Source of the DNA: a virus
Strand: one strand, 5' to 3'
Length of the DNA: 64,000 nt
Virus record (IMG/VR): IMGVR_UViG_3300033555_000001
Span: 133,463 to 197,462 of that record
The notes below the pieces were generated by a model that was given only the letters and a program-made list of their open reading frames with translations, was not told the origin of the DNA and did not search any database. Made by a program: the position numbers and the translations under genes. Positions 9,020 through 19,500 of this stretch are shown here, piece after piece. Numbering within the stretch: the stretch's first letter is position 1; the number at the start of each line of letters is the position of its first letter.

Positions 9020-9958
9020 TTAGAACAGCAAAACAATTGCACGGCCAACAGCCGCAGTGTTGAATTTAACTAGCACAGCGTTTTCATCAACAATTCTAAT
9101 TTCATCAGGCAGCACCTGCACATCGTCTGCGTCGTAAATGGTAACTGTTGGTCGCCGCGAGTTTTTGTTGTGATTAATTAACCACTCAACCGCGGCAACA
9201 GTTTGAATGTGCTCCCAAGTTTTGATTGAGCCATTAAGTTGCGCGTCTATTGAGACCAGCGCTTGCTCTACCGTGTCTCCGACAATTTTCTGGAATGGAC
9301 CAGCTGCGCTAATTTGCGCAGCGCTGTGCTTAATTCCGGTTGAGCTTAAGTGCGCTGCAAGATCCGAAACGCTAACACCATTAATTAGGCCAAGCAAGCT
9401 AATGTCACCACCGACATTTAGCGATCTAATAAATGTACCGCCTGCGCCATCGATGCTGAATACTGGCTGACCACCGGAAACTGATCTAATTATTACCAAA
9501 TTAGACGTCATTGATACGCCGGCAAGTGGCTCAATAACTAAAGCAGTACTGGCTGATCCTGGCGGATTAATAATCAGTTGATCTAGATTACTAATTGTGC
9601 CTTCAATAACGGTGCTTGATCCAAGCACTTCCAAATCACCAGAGATGGTAACTTTTCCTGACGCTGCGTCAACACTAAAAAATTTATTGTTTAGCGCGTT
9701 AAGAACAAAGGGTTTATTTGTGCTGAGGTTAATTGCCCCAGTCTGTGAATTAGAGTACACCGCTTGCAGCGCAATCCCATTCCCTGTGCCGCCACCGTCG
9801 CTTGAAGTACCGTCGCTAAACATCAGCGATCGGCCGCCCACCGTGAATATTGGGCCTGTTACACCACCTATATTAGCAATGCCATGGTCAGGAACAAGAC
9901 CTAGTTCACCAGACTCACTGTTAAGATAAATTAAATTGAAAGCGGGTTTTTTGCTCAT
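9020..9958 (-). CDS. virion/fibre-associated protein with a C-terminal HNL module
   Basis: Gly/Ser-rich beta-repeat body, KHSAAQIS motif and C-terminal EWLINHNKNSRRPTVTIYD. Confidence 0.7.
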   Translation of the reverse strand: MSKKPAFNLIYLNSESGELGLVPDHGIANIGGVTGPIFTVGGRSLMFSDGTSSDGGGTGNGIALQAVYSNSQTGAINLSTNKPFVLNALNNKFFSVDAASGKVTISGDLEVLGSSTVIEGTISNLDQLIINPPGSASTALVIEPLAGVSMTSNLVIIRSVSGGQPVFSIDGAGGTFIRSLNVGGDISLLGLINGVSVSDLAAHLSSTGIKHSAAQISAAGPFQKIVGDTVEQALVSIDAQLNGSIKTWEHIQTVAAVEWLINHNKNSRRPTVTIYDADDVQVLPDEIRIVDENAVLVKFNTAAVGRAIVLLF

Positions 9959-11601
9959 GGTTTTACCACAATCGTGACGCTTTGTGAATTATCGCCCGGA
10001 GTGTTGTCAACCTCTGGTGACACTGCAGTGCCTTCAATCTGTATTGCTGAAGCGCTAGATGTTCCGACCGCATTTAATATCGCTGTGGCGCTCTGACCGC
10101 TGCCAAGAGGAATGCGCGGTAAGCTAACAACCGTAAGTACTCCCTCTGTCAGAACAGTAGTACCAGCCGGAGAATTTGTTATTGTAACTGCAGTGCCATT
10201 ATTTGAGCGCAGCTTGATTACTCGCTGCACCTCAGTAGCCGGAAGTAATCCGTCGTTTGTAGTTATTACTTGAAACGCGAACTGTGCACCGCCAATGATT
10301 TGTGTAGGCGCATTAAAGGAGAGACCCAGATTAACAGTTGCACCCTGCTGCGGGGCAGTAACGGTAATAATATTAGACTTTATTTCGTCATCAAAACCAA
10401 ACTGATTAATGGCGCGTAGCCGCACAGTATAGATACCAGGTGTGGCAAAAGTCCACACGGGATTTGTGGCTGTTTCGTCAACAAAGCCGTCATTTGTAAA
10501 ATCCCACTGCAGCGTTGTAGCATCAATTGATGTATTTGTAAAGCTCACGACCAGCGGAGCAACACCAGATAATACGCTTGCTGTAAACTGCGCTGTTGGG
10601 GCTTGCGTTGGCGGTATTTCTGGAACAGGCACATCCAGGGGATTAGACAGCACAACAACTTGTTTAATGTCCATCATAATAGCGTTGACATCATACACAA
10701 ACCCTACTTGCTGTAACACGCCGGTTCTTGGCGGGCGCAGTGTTACTTGCCCTGTTGCACCACAAAATACCGGTCGATTGATTTCATCGTCGGTAAATGT
10801 CCAATCATCAGATCTGACAACTCCACGTGTAATGACTTGCTCAACTTCACCCTCGTACATGTCGGTCGTAATAATACCAGAAACTCTGGTTGTGTAATCT
10901 GTACTGCGCGCCAGGAATAATCTGCGACCTTTTCTTAACTGCACCAGTGAGAACTGCGGCAGCTCCTCTGCCGCCTGGCCGCTCATGATTGGCTCTTCAA
11001 GACGCGTTGAAGTAGTGCCTAAATTAACTACGTTGAGCCAAGAGACCGTTGTAACAAAGGTGCCGTTGCTCTGTCTTAGAGGAGAACCTAAGCTGTCAAG
11101 AACAATATGACCGCCCTCAGTGTCTCCAACCAGCCCTGCCTCTGAGCCAACGCGTGCAGGATGAACCACGGCGTTAGATGTTACTGAACCCGCAAACACC
11201 CGCAGCTTCTCTACCCACTTAGTACCATTAAACACCCGCCCAATATTTTCAACCGTGTCAAACCAATACTGATCTGGTGCGGGTGCAGTTGGAGCTGATG
11301 AGGTGTATATAGGCGGGAGAAGTGTAATACTGCGGGTGAGCGTACCTGTCATAAGACTTAAGTCCCAGTACAGGTATTTTGTTCCCGGTCCAGAGAGCGG
11401 ACCCCACGCACGGGGCACCGTTCTTAATTCTTCAACTATGTAAGTGCTAGCGCGATGGGCAAAGGAGAGTATTGTTTGATCTGGCGAGACAATTAAATCA
11501 ATAAATTGCCCGCCTGATGCAGTAGACCGCTGCAGAAAAATAGCATTTCCGCTAACGTCTGTTTGGTGTCTAACTATTCCTTGTCTAAAATTTAATTTCA
11601 C
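9955..11601 (-). CDS. virion protein with PKD and Ig-like domains
   Basis: PTAQFTAS..SGVAPLVVSFTNTS...WDF...NPVWTFATPGIYTVRL is a PKD signature. The C-terminal DNTPGDNS resembles an Ig/DUF11-like end. Confidence 0.75.
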   Translation of the reverse strand: MKLNFRQGIVRHQTDVSGNAIFLQRSTASGGQFIDLIVSPDQTILSFAHRASTYIVEELRTVPRAWGPLSGPGTKYLYWDLSLMTGTLTRSITLLPPIYTSSAPTAPAPDQYWFDTVENIGRVFNGTKWVEKLRVFAGSVTSNAVVHPARVGSEAGLVGDTEGGHIVLDSLGSPLRQSNGTFVTTVSWLNVVNLGTTSTRLEEPIMSGQAAEELPQFSLVQLRKGRRLFLARSTDYTTRVSGIITTDMYEGEVEQVITRGVVRSDDWTFTDDEINRPVFCGATGQVTLRPPRTGVLQQVGFVYDVNAIMMDIKQVVVLSNPLDVPVPEIPPTQAPTAQFTASVLSGVAPLVVSFTNTSIDATTLQWDFTNDGFVDETATNPVWTFATPGIYTVRLRAINQFGFDDEIKSNIITVTAPQQGATVNLGLSFNAPTQIIGGAQFAFQVITTNDGLLPATEVQRVIKLRSNNGTAVTITNSPAGTTVLTEGVLTVVSLPRIPLGSGQSATAILNAVGTSSASAIQIEGTAVSPEVDNTPGDNSQSVTIVVKP

Positions 11602-11648
11602 GTTTTGCCTTAACGGTGTGTCCCCTATTTAGGAACAAAAGCAGGTTA

Positions 11649-12293
11649 TCAGCTAACGGTGATTACCAAAGTATATACAACTGTAAGCTCACGGTTTCCA
11701 GTATGCTCAATTGGCGAAAAGATTAAATGTGACAGCATGAGTTCGTCTGTCTCATTAAGCAAGTTTGTACCAACGCCAGCGGTAAAGAGACCCAGCTCAT
11801 CAAAAAAGAACTGACCTTCTGTTGGAATGGCAGCGCCAACTCCAACGCCGTCAAGTCCACCGCCCGAACCCGTGTCACTGTCTGCGCCGTCGGTAGGACG
11901 ATTTGCAGCTTCGTCTGCTGAAATAACACAGGTAACAATAACTCTGGTAGACGTGCTGTTTGGCACGTTAGTAAACGTTACGCTATTGCCGGCACCAACG
12001 CCAGAATCCGCATCATCAACAACTTCAAAGTACGTTGGGTTATACAAATCAGCAGCAACACCAGTTGTGTTAGGTGGTCTAAACACAATTTGCTGCGACG
12101 AATCAATATACGTACCTTGATTACCAAGCTTTAGCTTGAAAATTTCAAAGTTAGACGCGTTAGACAGGCCCCGAGCAATTGCTGTAGCCATGTTTCCAGG
12201 GTGAATAGCGTTCTTCTTATCAACAAGCACTGTACCGCTGCCGTCAGTAATTTTAACGTGGCCCTGAATAGATGTTTTGAATAGTTCCTTCAT
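11649..12293 (-). CDS. putative baseplate/tail structural protein
   Basis: GHVKI...DKKNAIH...FDELGLF...SHLIFSPIEH...YTL, a pattern recalled from fibre-attachment/baseplate proteins of large myoviruses. Late motif upstream. Confidence 0.55.
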   Translation of the reverse strand: MKELFKTSIQGHVKITDGSGTVLVDKKNAIHPGNMATAIARGLSNASNFEIFKLKLGNQGTYIDSSQQIVFRPPNTTGVAADLYNPTYFEVVDDADSGVGAGNSVTFTNVPNSTSTRVIVTCVISADEAANRPTDGADSDTGSGGGLDGVGVGAAIPTEGQFFFDELGLFTAGVGTNLLNETDELMLSHLIFSPIEHTGNRELTVVYTLVITVS

Positions 12294-12334
12294 GTTTCTT
12301 TCCTAGAGAGGATTAGCAGTTCTATTTATCAGAA

Positions 12335-15300
12335 TTACAGAACGATGAGTTTCAACTCTGTCTGCGCTATTAAACTCAACCTGAATAATCTTGAACTACC
12401 CCGTTCTACCACGGTAGCAAGCTCAGGTGCAGGATCCTCTGGACGCCACACGTAAAATACCGGTGTGGTTGATGGCTCCATTGAAAAAGAGAGTTCTATT
12501 ACTCGCGCACCAGGTGCTGGTATTACAAAAGGCGTTTCAAATTCGCTGTACAGCGTTCCGGCCGGCGGCAAGCCCGCAGCAGGTAGCGGTGGCATTTCAG
12601 CAGAGTAAATTATTGCCGTGCTCTCGGCCTGGCCGTCCATTGGTCCAGCATCAAGGCCATATTGATCTAAACCGTACGCAGTGTCCAGGGCAAATACTGA
12701 CAGCGCTTCAGTTATGGCCGTTGAAGCCGTAACACCAGAATTTTCCTGCACTTCAAAACCAGCGCCAATTGCCGGAACACCAAAATTAGGAGTGATGTCG
12801 CCTGATGCTACAGCTGCGTTAAATGCTGCAATAAAATCGCCGAATGTCGTATCATCAAGCGCGTTGTTAATGAGGTACCCAGAAATAAGAGCAATAAGAT
12901 CGTTTAATCTGCTAGACTCGACTGGGTCAAGTTCGGTGCGCGCAGAAAGAGCCTTGGCCTCTAAAAAATAATCAGTAAGCGGCAAGCCCGTATCATAGGC
13001 ACCGTCTGCAACTTCTGCGTCGTACGGCGTGTTATCATACCCTGGTAAAAATCCAATAAATGGGCCGTCACTCACCGTTACATCGAGCGGCATATCATAG
13101 CTTGACTTTATTAGCAGCTCATTGAGCTCCGCAATCTGTACACCAGTAACCTCGCTAAAGAGCGCATCAGATTCTCCGCCATCACCCTTTAGTAAAAATG
13201 CAATACCCTCTTGCATGTTTACGATAACATGCTCGTTCATACCAGAGCCAAATGTTACCAGTGTGGATTCAGCGTTGAGCGGCAAATACTTTGTGTGAAA
13301 GTCCAGGTCCCAATCAAATATTACAGGATCAGTAACCAAAGATCCAATTGTGCGTACTGTTCCTATGAGCTCACCAGTCACTGCTGCCCTGATCACTGCG
13401 TGCGTCGCCGGATCACTGAACTCAGCAATGGATAGCGCACTATCTCTAAACTCGGTAGATGCCGGTATCCACCCCTGCAACACCGCCGTTTCAGGTGAGG
13501 TGTTAAAGAGGGGTACGCCAGATCGCGCAGTGTGATCTACAAACCTGACATCAATAGTCTGCGGTGCCAGGGGCGCCAGCACTTCAGCGTGTGCCGCGTC
13601 TTTTGCTTTAATTGAGATTGAAATAGCATCAGTGGTGGTGCGCTCAAGGAGCACAAAATCCGCTGCAGTTGGGCTTCTGCCTGCAGTTGTTTTAATAATT
13701 GCAAGGTCGTGGCCCAGTGCCAATCGGTGTTCATCACCTGTAATCTGCAAAATAAAAGAGCTGCCAGCTACCGCAGTTGGTACTTCTAACAGCACATAAT
13801 CGTCACTCAGCGAATTGGTTCCTCGAGCAACAAGGGCGCCATTACGGTACATGTTCCAGGCGCCATCAGCCAAAGATTTTATTACGTAAGTTAAATCAGG
13901 GGCATCTTGCCGCAACCTTTTAAGAGACACAAGTCCTGCAGGTAGTTGCCACTCGCCATCGCCAGGTACTTTTTGATTACTAATAAACAGTTCAGCGGTT
14001 GGAGCGGTAATTTTAAAACCAATTTTCCCGTTCCAGTACCACTCGCCCACCGTTGCGGCAGGCTGCCACCCCGATACTGAACCATGAACTAAGTATGATG
14101 GCCGAGAATTAAGTGTTTCAAACGCAATACTGTCTGATTGTTTTAAGCCGGTGCGACCTGGCCTGATTGTAAAGTGCAGCCCATGCTCGCGGTCTCGATA
14201 GCTAAAGCCAGCCTCTAATTGAACCAACCTAGGTGTGCTAAAAACAGGCGAACCGTTTAACGCGCCAGCAGTATAAAAACCCTGCAGCTCGTACGCAGTG
14301 TTACTTACCCATGTAAGTACCCACTTTGCCGGGGTGCTGTTGTGATATGCCGCCCCGTGCATTACCAAGCGTGGGATTCGTGCTGATCCAAGTGCTGCCG
14401 CTCCAATTTGCTCGGGTGGCGAATTGCGCACGGTCCATGAAATAACATCACCGCCAAAAACACTCTCTTCAATAAATGCGGCAGAGGTGTCTTGGTACCG
14501 CGATGAGTTCAGCCGAGCAGCAATAAATGGTTTTGAGGCTTCAACAAGTTTAAATGACAGGCCAATCCCCGTGTTTGAATACGCATTACCAACTTGAATA
14601 TTGTCAATCAACACCCACAGGAGCGTCTCAGTATCAAAGTACTCTAGCGCAAACGAACTGCTGTACCACAATAATAAATCTGCTGTAGTATCAGGATCAT
14701 TTCCAGAATGAACGCCCTCAGCCGTGGTGGTATTCTCTGAATCATACACTGGCACGGCAGTTGAATCTGTGCCTGCTAAATTTACGCGATTTTCCGGTGA
14801 TGTGCTCTGTAGTGGCAGTGGTCGATCAAAATCAGGCAGCGCTCTCAGTCTCCACTGGCGGCCGCTAACAACGTTTCCAGCAAGTACCAGGTTAAATGAT
14901 TTAAGATCATAAGACGCAAAGCGCGTGTCAAATTTAAAATCTAATGTTTTAAAGTAGTCTTCACCCGCTGAATTAGTAGCGTTGTAAACTAATTCACTTG
15001 CGTCGTAGCTGTCAAAATCATATCCATAAAATAAATCAAGATCATCAGCAACTGGTTCGTTGTTTTGAATCTCAATATCAAAGCGATCACCCGCTGTGAA
15101 CTGGTAATCAGTTCCTGCTCTTATAGTAAATGCAAGTACACCATCGTTAAACAGCGTATTAACTGTAGCCACACCCGCATATTCAAGATCACTGGTGGCG
15201 CTAATAATAAATTGCGTGCTGCTGATAGCTGTCAGTACAACTGAACCAGTTTTAAATCCAGTGTCAAGAACCGTAATTTTATTTTTAGTACCACTGGTAT

Positions 15301-16450
15301 CAGTCAAGTATCCGTATCTGGTACTTGTAAACAGTGGACGTGAATAAGCAATTGGATTTACTTTTATCAGGCTCCACGCTTCAAGAGGGGCTGTTGGGTG
15401 CACCGCAATTTTACTGGATGGCGAGAGCGCAAGTACATCTGTTGTGTTAAGCTGTTGATCAGCTCGTAGACTAAAGCTTAATTGAAAAGAATCAAACTCA
15501 CCCGCATAGTAAGGTGCACCGTCAGTTGGCGTAACCTGAGCAATAGTTCCAGCGCCAATAATCCCAGTAACTTTACCACGCACTATAAATGTTGTGGCGG
15601 ATGTGGCTTCAACACTCCACTCTTCGTATAGAGCGCGCGCAAAGTTAGCGCTAATATCAAAAATAGAGACACCACTGCGCAGTACATCAGGATAGGCAAG
15701 CGCTCCAGATTCCCGGCTAGCGGGCAGGTTTTCATTAGCCCGCTCGACAAAAACCGGCAGGTAATTTGGTTTATCCGACAGGCCCATTACTTTAACGGCG
15801 CCAGGGCCAGTAATCTGTACCTCAGAGAGCGACACCTGTGTAACTGGTCCCAAGAGCAACAGCGAATCCGCTTGAAAGCTTAACTGTACAGAAATTGGAA
15901 AAGTATCAGTAACCTCATAAGTCTCGGCAAATCTACCGGTAATAAGCGGCTGAGAGCTTATTGTTTGCTTAATCTGAAACACGAACGCACCGCGTGATTC
16001 AAAAAAGTCATGGCCTTCAAGCAGTGGCTCTGAGCGCGCCGCTTGCCCGGCTCGTTGAACAAACGCATCGCTAATTCCCCGACCCTGCGAGGAACGTGGG
16101 TCAAACGCAAATGGCACTAGTGGCAGGTCAGTGTTCTCGTCACGGAAAGCGCGAAATGATCCGCGATTTTCGGCTGGAGTTGAATTTTTAGTAAACGTGC
16201 TAAAGCTTGGACTTACTAATCTGTGCAGTGGAACAGTTGGTGCAAAGCCCGTTGGGCCACCTGAAAAATAACTAGTAGGCCAAGCACCCTTTGCAAGCAC
16301 TGAACTAAACATACGCTCACCAAAATTTACGGACATAGTATCCGTAAAGCGATATTCTTCTACGATTTCTGATAATTTCGAATGATATGGCTTAGTGTCC
16401 AGGATAAACGCAACAAGGGCATTAACGTAAGTACTATTTTTATTTGCCAT
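12335..16450 (-). CDS. large virion structural protein (~1370 aa)
   Basis: Long open frame with a likely ATG at 16450 (GAGGG upstream), an N-terminal KPYHSKL motif and beta-rich sequence, within the baseplate cluster. Confidence 0.7.
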   Translation of the reverse strand: MANKNSTYVNALVAFILDTKPYHSKLSEIVEEYRFTDTMSVNFGERMFSSVLAKGAWPTSYFSGGPTGFAPTVPLHRLVSPSFSTFTKNSTPAENRGSFRAFRDENTDLPLVPFAFDPRSSQGRGISDAFVQRAGQAARSEPLLEGHDFFESRGAFVFQIKQTISSQPLITGRFAETYEVTDTFPISVQLSFQADSLLLLGPVTQVSLSEVQITGPGAVKVMGLSDKPNYLPVFVERANENLPASRESGALAYPDVLRSGVSIFDISANFARALYEEWSVEATSATTFIVRGKVTGIIGAGTIAQVTPTDGAPYYAGEFDSFQLSFSLRADQQLNTTDVLALSPSSKIAVHPTAPLEAWSLIKVNPIAYSRPLFTSTRYGYLTDTSGTKNKITVLDTGFKTGSVVLTAISSTQFIISATSDLEYAGVATVNTLFNDGVLAFTIRAGTDYQFTAGDRFDIEIQNNEPVADDLDLFYGYDFDSYDASELVYNATNSAGEDYFKTLDFKFDTRFASYDLKSFNLVLAGNVVSGRQWRLRALPDFDRPLPLQSTSPENRVNLAGTDSTAVPVYDSENTTTAEGVHSGNDPDTTADLLLWYSSSFALEYFDTETLLWVLIDNIQVGNAYSNTGIGLSFKLVEASKPFIAARLNSSRYQDTSAAFIEESVFGGDVISWTVRNSPPEQIGAAALGSARIPRLVMHGAAYHNSTPAKWVLTWVSNTAYELQGFYTAGALNGSPVFSTPRLVQLEAGFSYRDREHGLHFTIRPGRTGLKQSDSIAFETLNSRPSYLVHGSVSGWQPAATVGEWYWNGKIGFKITAPTAELFISNQKVPGDGEWQLPAGLVSLKRLRQDAPDLTYVIKSLADGAWNMYRNGALVARGTNSLSDDYVLLEVPTAVAGSSFILQITGDEHRLALGHDLAIIKTTAGRSPTAADFVLLERTTTDAISISIKAKDAAHAEVLAPLAPQTIDVRFVDHTARSGVPLFNTSPETAVLQGWIPASTEFRDSALSIAEFSDPATHAVIRAAVTGELIGTVRTIGSLVTDPVIFDWDLDFHTKYLPLNAESTLVTFGSGMNEHVIVNMQEGIAFLLKGDGGESDALFSEVTGVQIAELNELLIKSSYDMPLDVTVSDGPFIGFLPGYDNTPYDAEVADGAYDTGLPLTDYFLEAKALSARTELDPVESSRLNDLIALISGYLINNALDDTTFGDFIAAFNAAVASGDITPNFGVPAIGAGFEVQENSGVTASTAITEALSVFALDTAYGLDQYGLDAGPMDGQAESTAIIYSAEMPPLPAAGLPPAGTLYSEFETPFVIPAPGARVIELSFSMEPSTTPVFYVWRPEDPAPELATVVERGSSRLFRLSLIAQTELKLIVL

Positions 16451-16540
16451 GTTGCCCTCGCGCAACGCAAGCGCTGACACGCGCCGCTTTGCTGTTTCTG
16501 CTTAGCGCAGTATAAAAATAAACCTTGTTTTCAGTCATGG

Positions 16541-19500
16541 TTACTCGTAAGATGGAGCAATTGGCGCAGATCGCACCACTTTAATCGAATATGCGCTCAG
16601 TCTAGATGTCTTAAAAATATCTGTCATTTCATACTGAGCAGCGCAAATATCATTTAGGACGGCAAAAAATAGCTCATTAATCTGAGAAGGTTTTGCGGTG
16701 TTCCAGATCCGTGACATTGTATTGCGAGTATTTTCTGCCGAACTGAACAGACTGTCGCTTTTACTAAAATCCAAAAATGTCATGTAATCCGGCATTTGAA
16801 ACGCACCACTGTCATCAACCAGTGCTGTATTTAGGACCGTGAACAGAAGTGTTGATTTGACCAACTCGCTCGGCGCTAGAACCTGGTCGGAACCAAATCC
16901 AAACTGCGTGCGCGTACCATTTCTTTCGTCGTACGAGGCCCGGCGAGGAGATGGCAAAATATTACCAGCAGCGTCGGCACCACACGCGGTGTTTACCATT
17001 TTATCCCACAGTGCCTCAGGAATACGAGTTCTTTGTCCCGGTCTAATTAGCGCCCACTCAACGTGCGTATTTTTAAGATCCAGTTCCTGTGAGTCGTCTC
17101 TGAGTGTAAAGTTTCGCGTAAAGCGCAGCTTAAACGTGTCATCTTTGGTAACAACATATGACAAACCAGAAATTGTAATTGCGTCGTAACTGTACGGATT
17201 GCTCGCAGAGCCAGTTCCACCAAAATTTTGAAAGGTCAAATAATTAGATGGGCCAGTTATAAGCAACTGAGTAACAGCTCGAATCGACAGTTTCTTTCTG
17301 CGAGCCTGTGTTGAGCGATTTTTAACCCAGAAGAAATACTTAGTGCGCGTGATTTGACCTTCGCTGTCACGTACTGGTACCGCAACGTACTGATAGTCAA
17401 TTTTATACTGGCTTTGAATCAACAACACATCGTTGACTTCCGGATCAAAATCCAGCTCAGACTGCAGTGGAGCATAGGGCCTAATAATAACTACAACCTC
17501 TGATCCAAATGCTACAGACTGCACTGTTAGTGCAGTGCCAACAAGGGTGAATGTGCCGCTTAGCTGCGCAGCGCCGTTTACGTAAACAGAGATTAAATCT
17601 TTTGTAGTGCCGGCCGGAACAGCGAGGCCCGCAAAGCCCATTGTTGTTGCAGTAGTGCGGAGCACTGTGCTCTCAAGCTCAGCCCAAGCGCCCCACGTAG
17701 TTTGATAAGCGCCGGGTGAGGTACCATCATTAAGACTGAGCGCAGCGTTATTAGTGGCAAGTTTAATTAATTCTATTGTTGGCTCAACAGAAACAAATGC
17801 GCCTGGATAAGGCAGCCATGAGTTATTTGGTACTTTGGTATCAGCGTCAAGCTCGTCTTGGGATGGGACAGACCACGCTCTCCAACCAACCCCGTTGTTA
17901 ATCACATTCGCTGGATCGGTTGGATCATTGCTGAGAATCAACCCATCGCCCACTAATCCGGAGGGGTCTGACAGCGGTACCAGTGTTAACACTTGCACTG
18001 CGTCAAGTAACTCTACTGAACTTCTTAAAGCGTCAACAATGGTATCAACCAATATTTCCGGGCCGTACACGTTATTTTCTGTTACCCGCACTGAAATAGA
18101 GAGGCCAAACTCAAGGAGCGGCACAACAAGTACTTGATCAGCAAAAACTTGAAGCTCATCATTTATTGTTTCTTGAACTGCAGGTATTAAATTTTCTCCG
18201 GCGATTGAGGTGCCGAGCAAATCAAAATCATTAAGATCTGCAAATAGTGCTGAATTTCCAATGCTTACTGTTGAATCAGCCCCGCTTGTTCCAGAAATAA
18301 TTATAATGCGGTTTTGATCAAGTTTTGCTGGGGCACCGGGGAACTGGGAATTAATCACGGAGATTAATTCACCAAATGTTTGCGCTTCATCGCCAGTAAA
18401 TGTTACCGTAAGTGCTGTGCCGTCTAGCGTAATTACTAGAGAATACACTGTAACTGTGGCTGGATCTGTAGACAACCGCAGCCCGGTTTTACTGGCTTCA
18501 GTTTTAGTGGATCCAAAATTAATTGCTTGATAGCCGCGCGTTGCCGCAACAGCTGGTTTAGCCAGCACACCAGTAACCCGTGAACTATTAACTAACTGCA
18601 CGGTGCTCTTACCAGAAGATACCTCAACGGCTCTTAGATAAGTAGAAACGGTCCACATGTTTATAGGCTCACCCGCATCATTACGCTCCTGCACGCGTTG
18701 GGTTGGCTCTTTAATAAACAGCAACTCACCTACAACATCAGTATTTCCAACTGATTCTATGGATACCACGCCCAGTGGCTGATCTAGATCAGGGTTGTTA
18801 AGCGATATAAATTTAGAGAATCCGTCAAGCACTAAAAACTCAGACAGCGGACGAGTATGACTGTCATCTTGCTGCCACGCGCCAAGCCTCATCCCCGCAG
18901 AAATTCCCAAAATTTTAAACGTTGAACTTTCAAGAACCGCCGTAAGTGTTTCTTCTTTTTCTACCAGGGTCAAATTAGAGAAGAACGAACCATTAAATGC
19001 TGGGTGAGCAGCCTGGATGGCAACACCAGCGTGGCTCCAAGCCACTGGTCTAGTTTGCCAGATTCGTGTTCTGCTGTAGGTTTTTGCGCCATACACTTGG
19101 CCATCAGCCCGTGTTAAGACATCAAGATCAGCGTTACCAGAATCAACAAGCGCAAGTGCGTCGTACTCAGTTGGTGGTACACGACTTTCAATCCATTCAA
19201 CTACATCAACGGTTGAAAAGTCCGCAAGCGTTCCCCAACGACTAAGTCGCTCGTCAATTGAGCCATAAATCTTATCGTCCGAATAAGGAGTGTACTCCAA
19301 ATTTGTGGTATCCCACCACACGCGGCCCAGCTCTTTTGTACCCCACGTGCGGAGCGGATCAAAATTAGAGTTTCCAACAACCTGTGTTGACACGTTATAA
19401 CGCGCAGGGTCGATGTCTGAAATAATGTTAATGCTCTCAAGAGCAGTTGGGGTGTGCTGACCAATCAGCGGGTGCCACTGCGGAATCTCTTCAATGAGCT

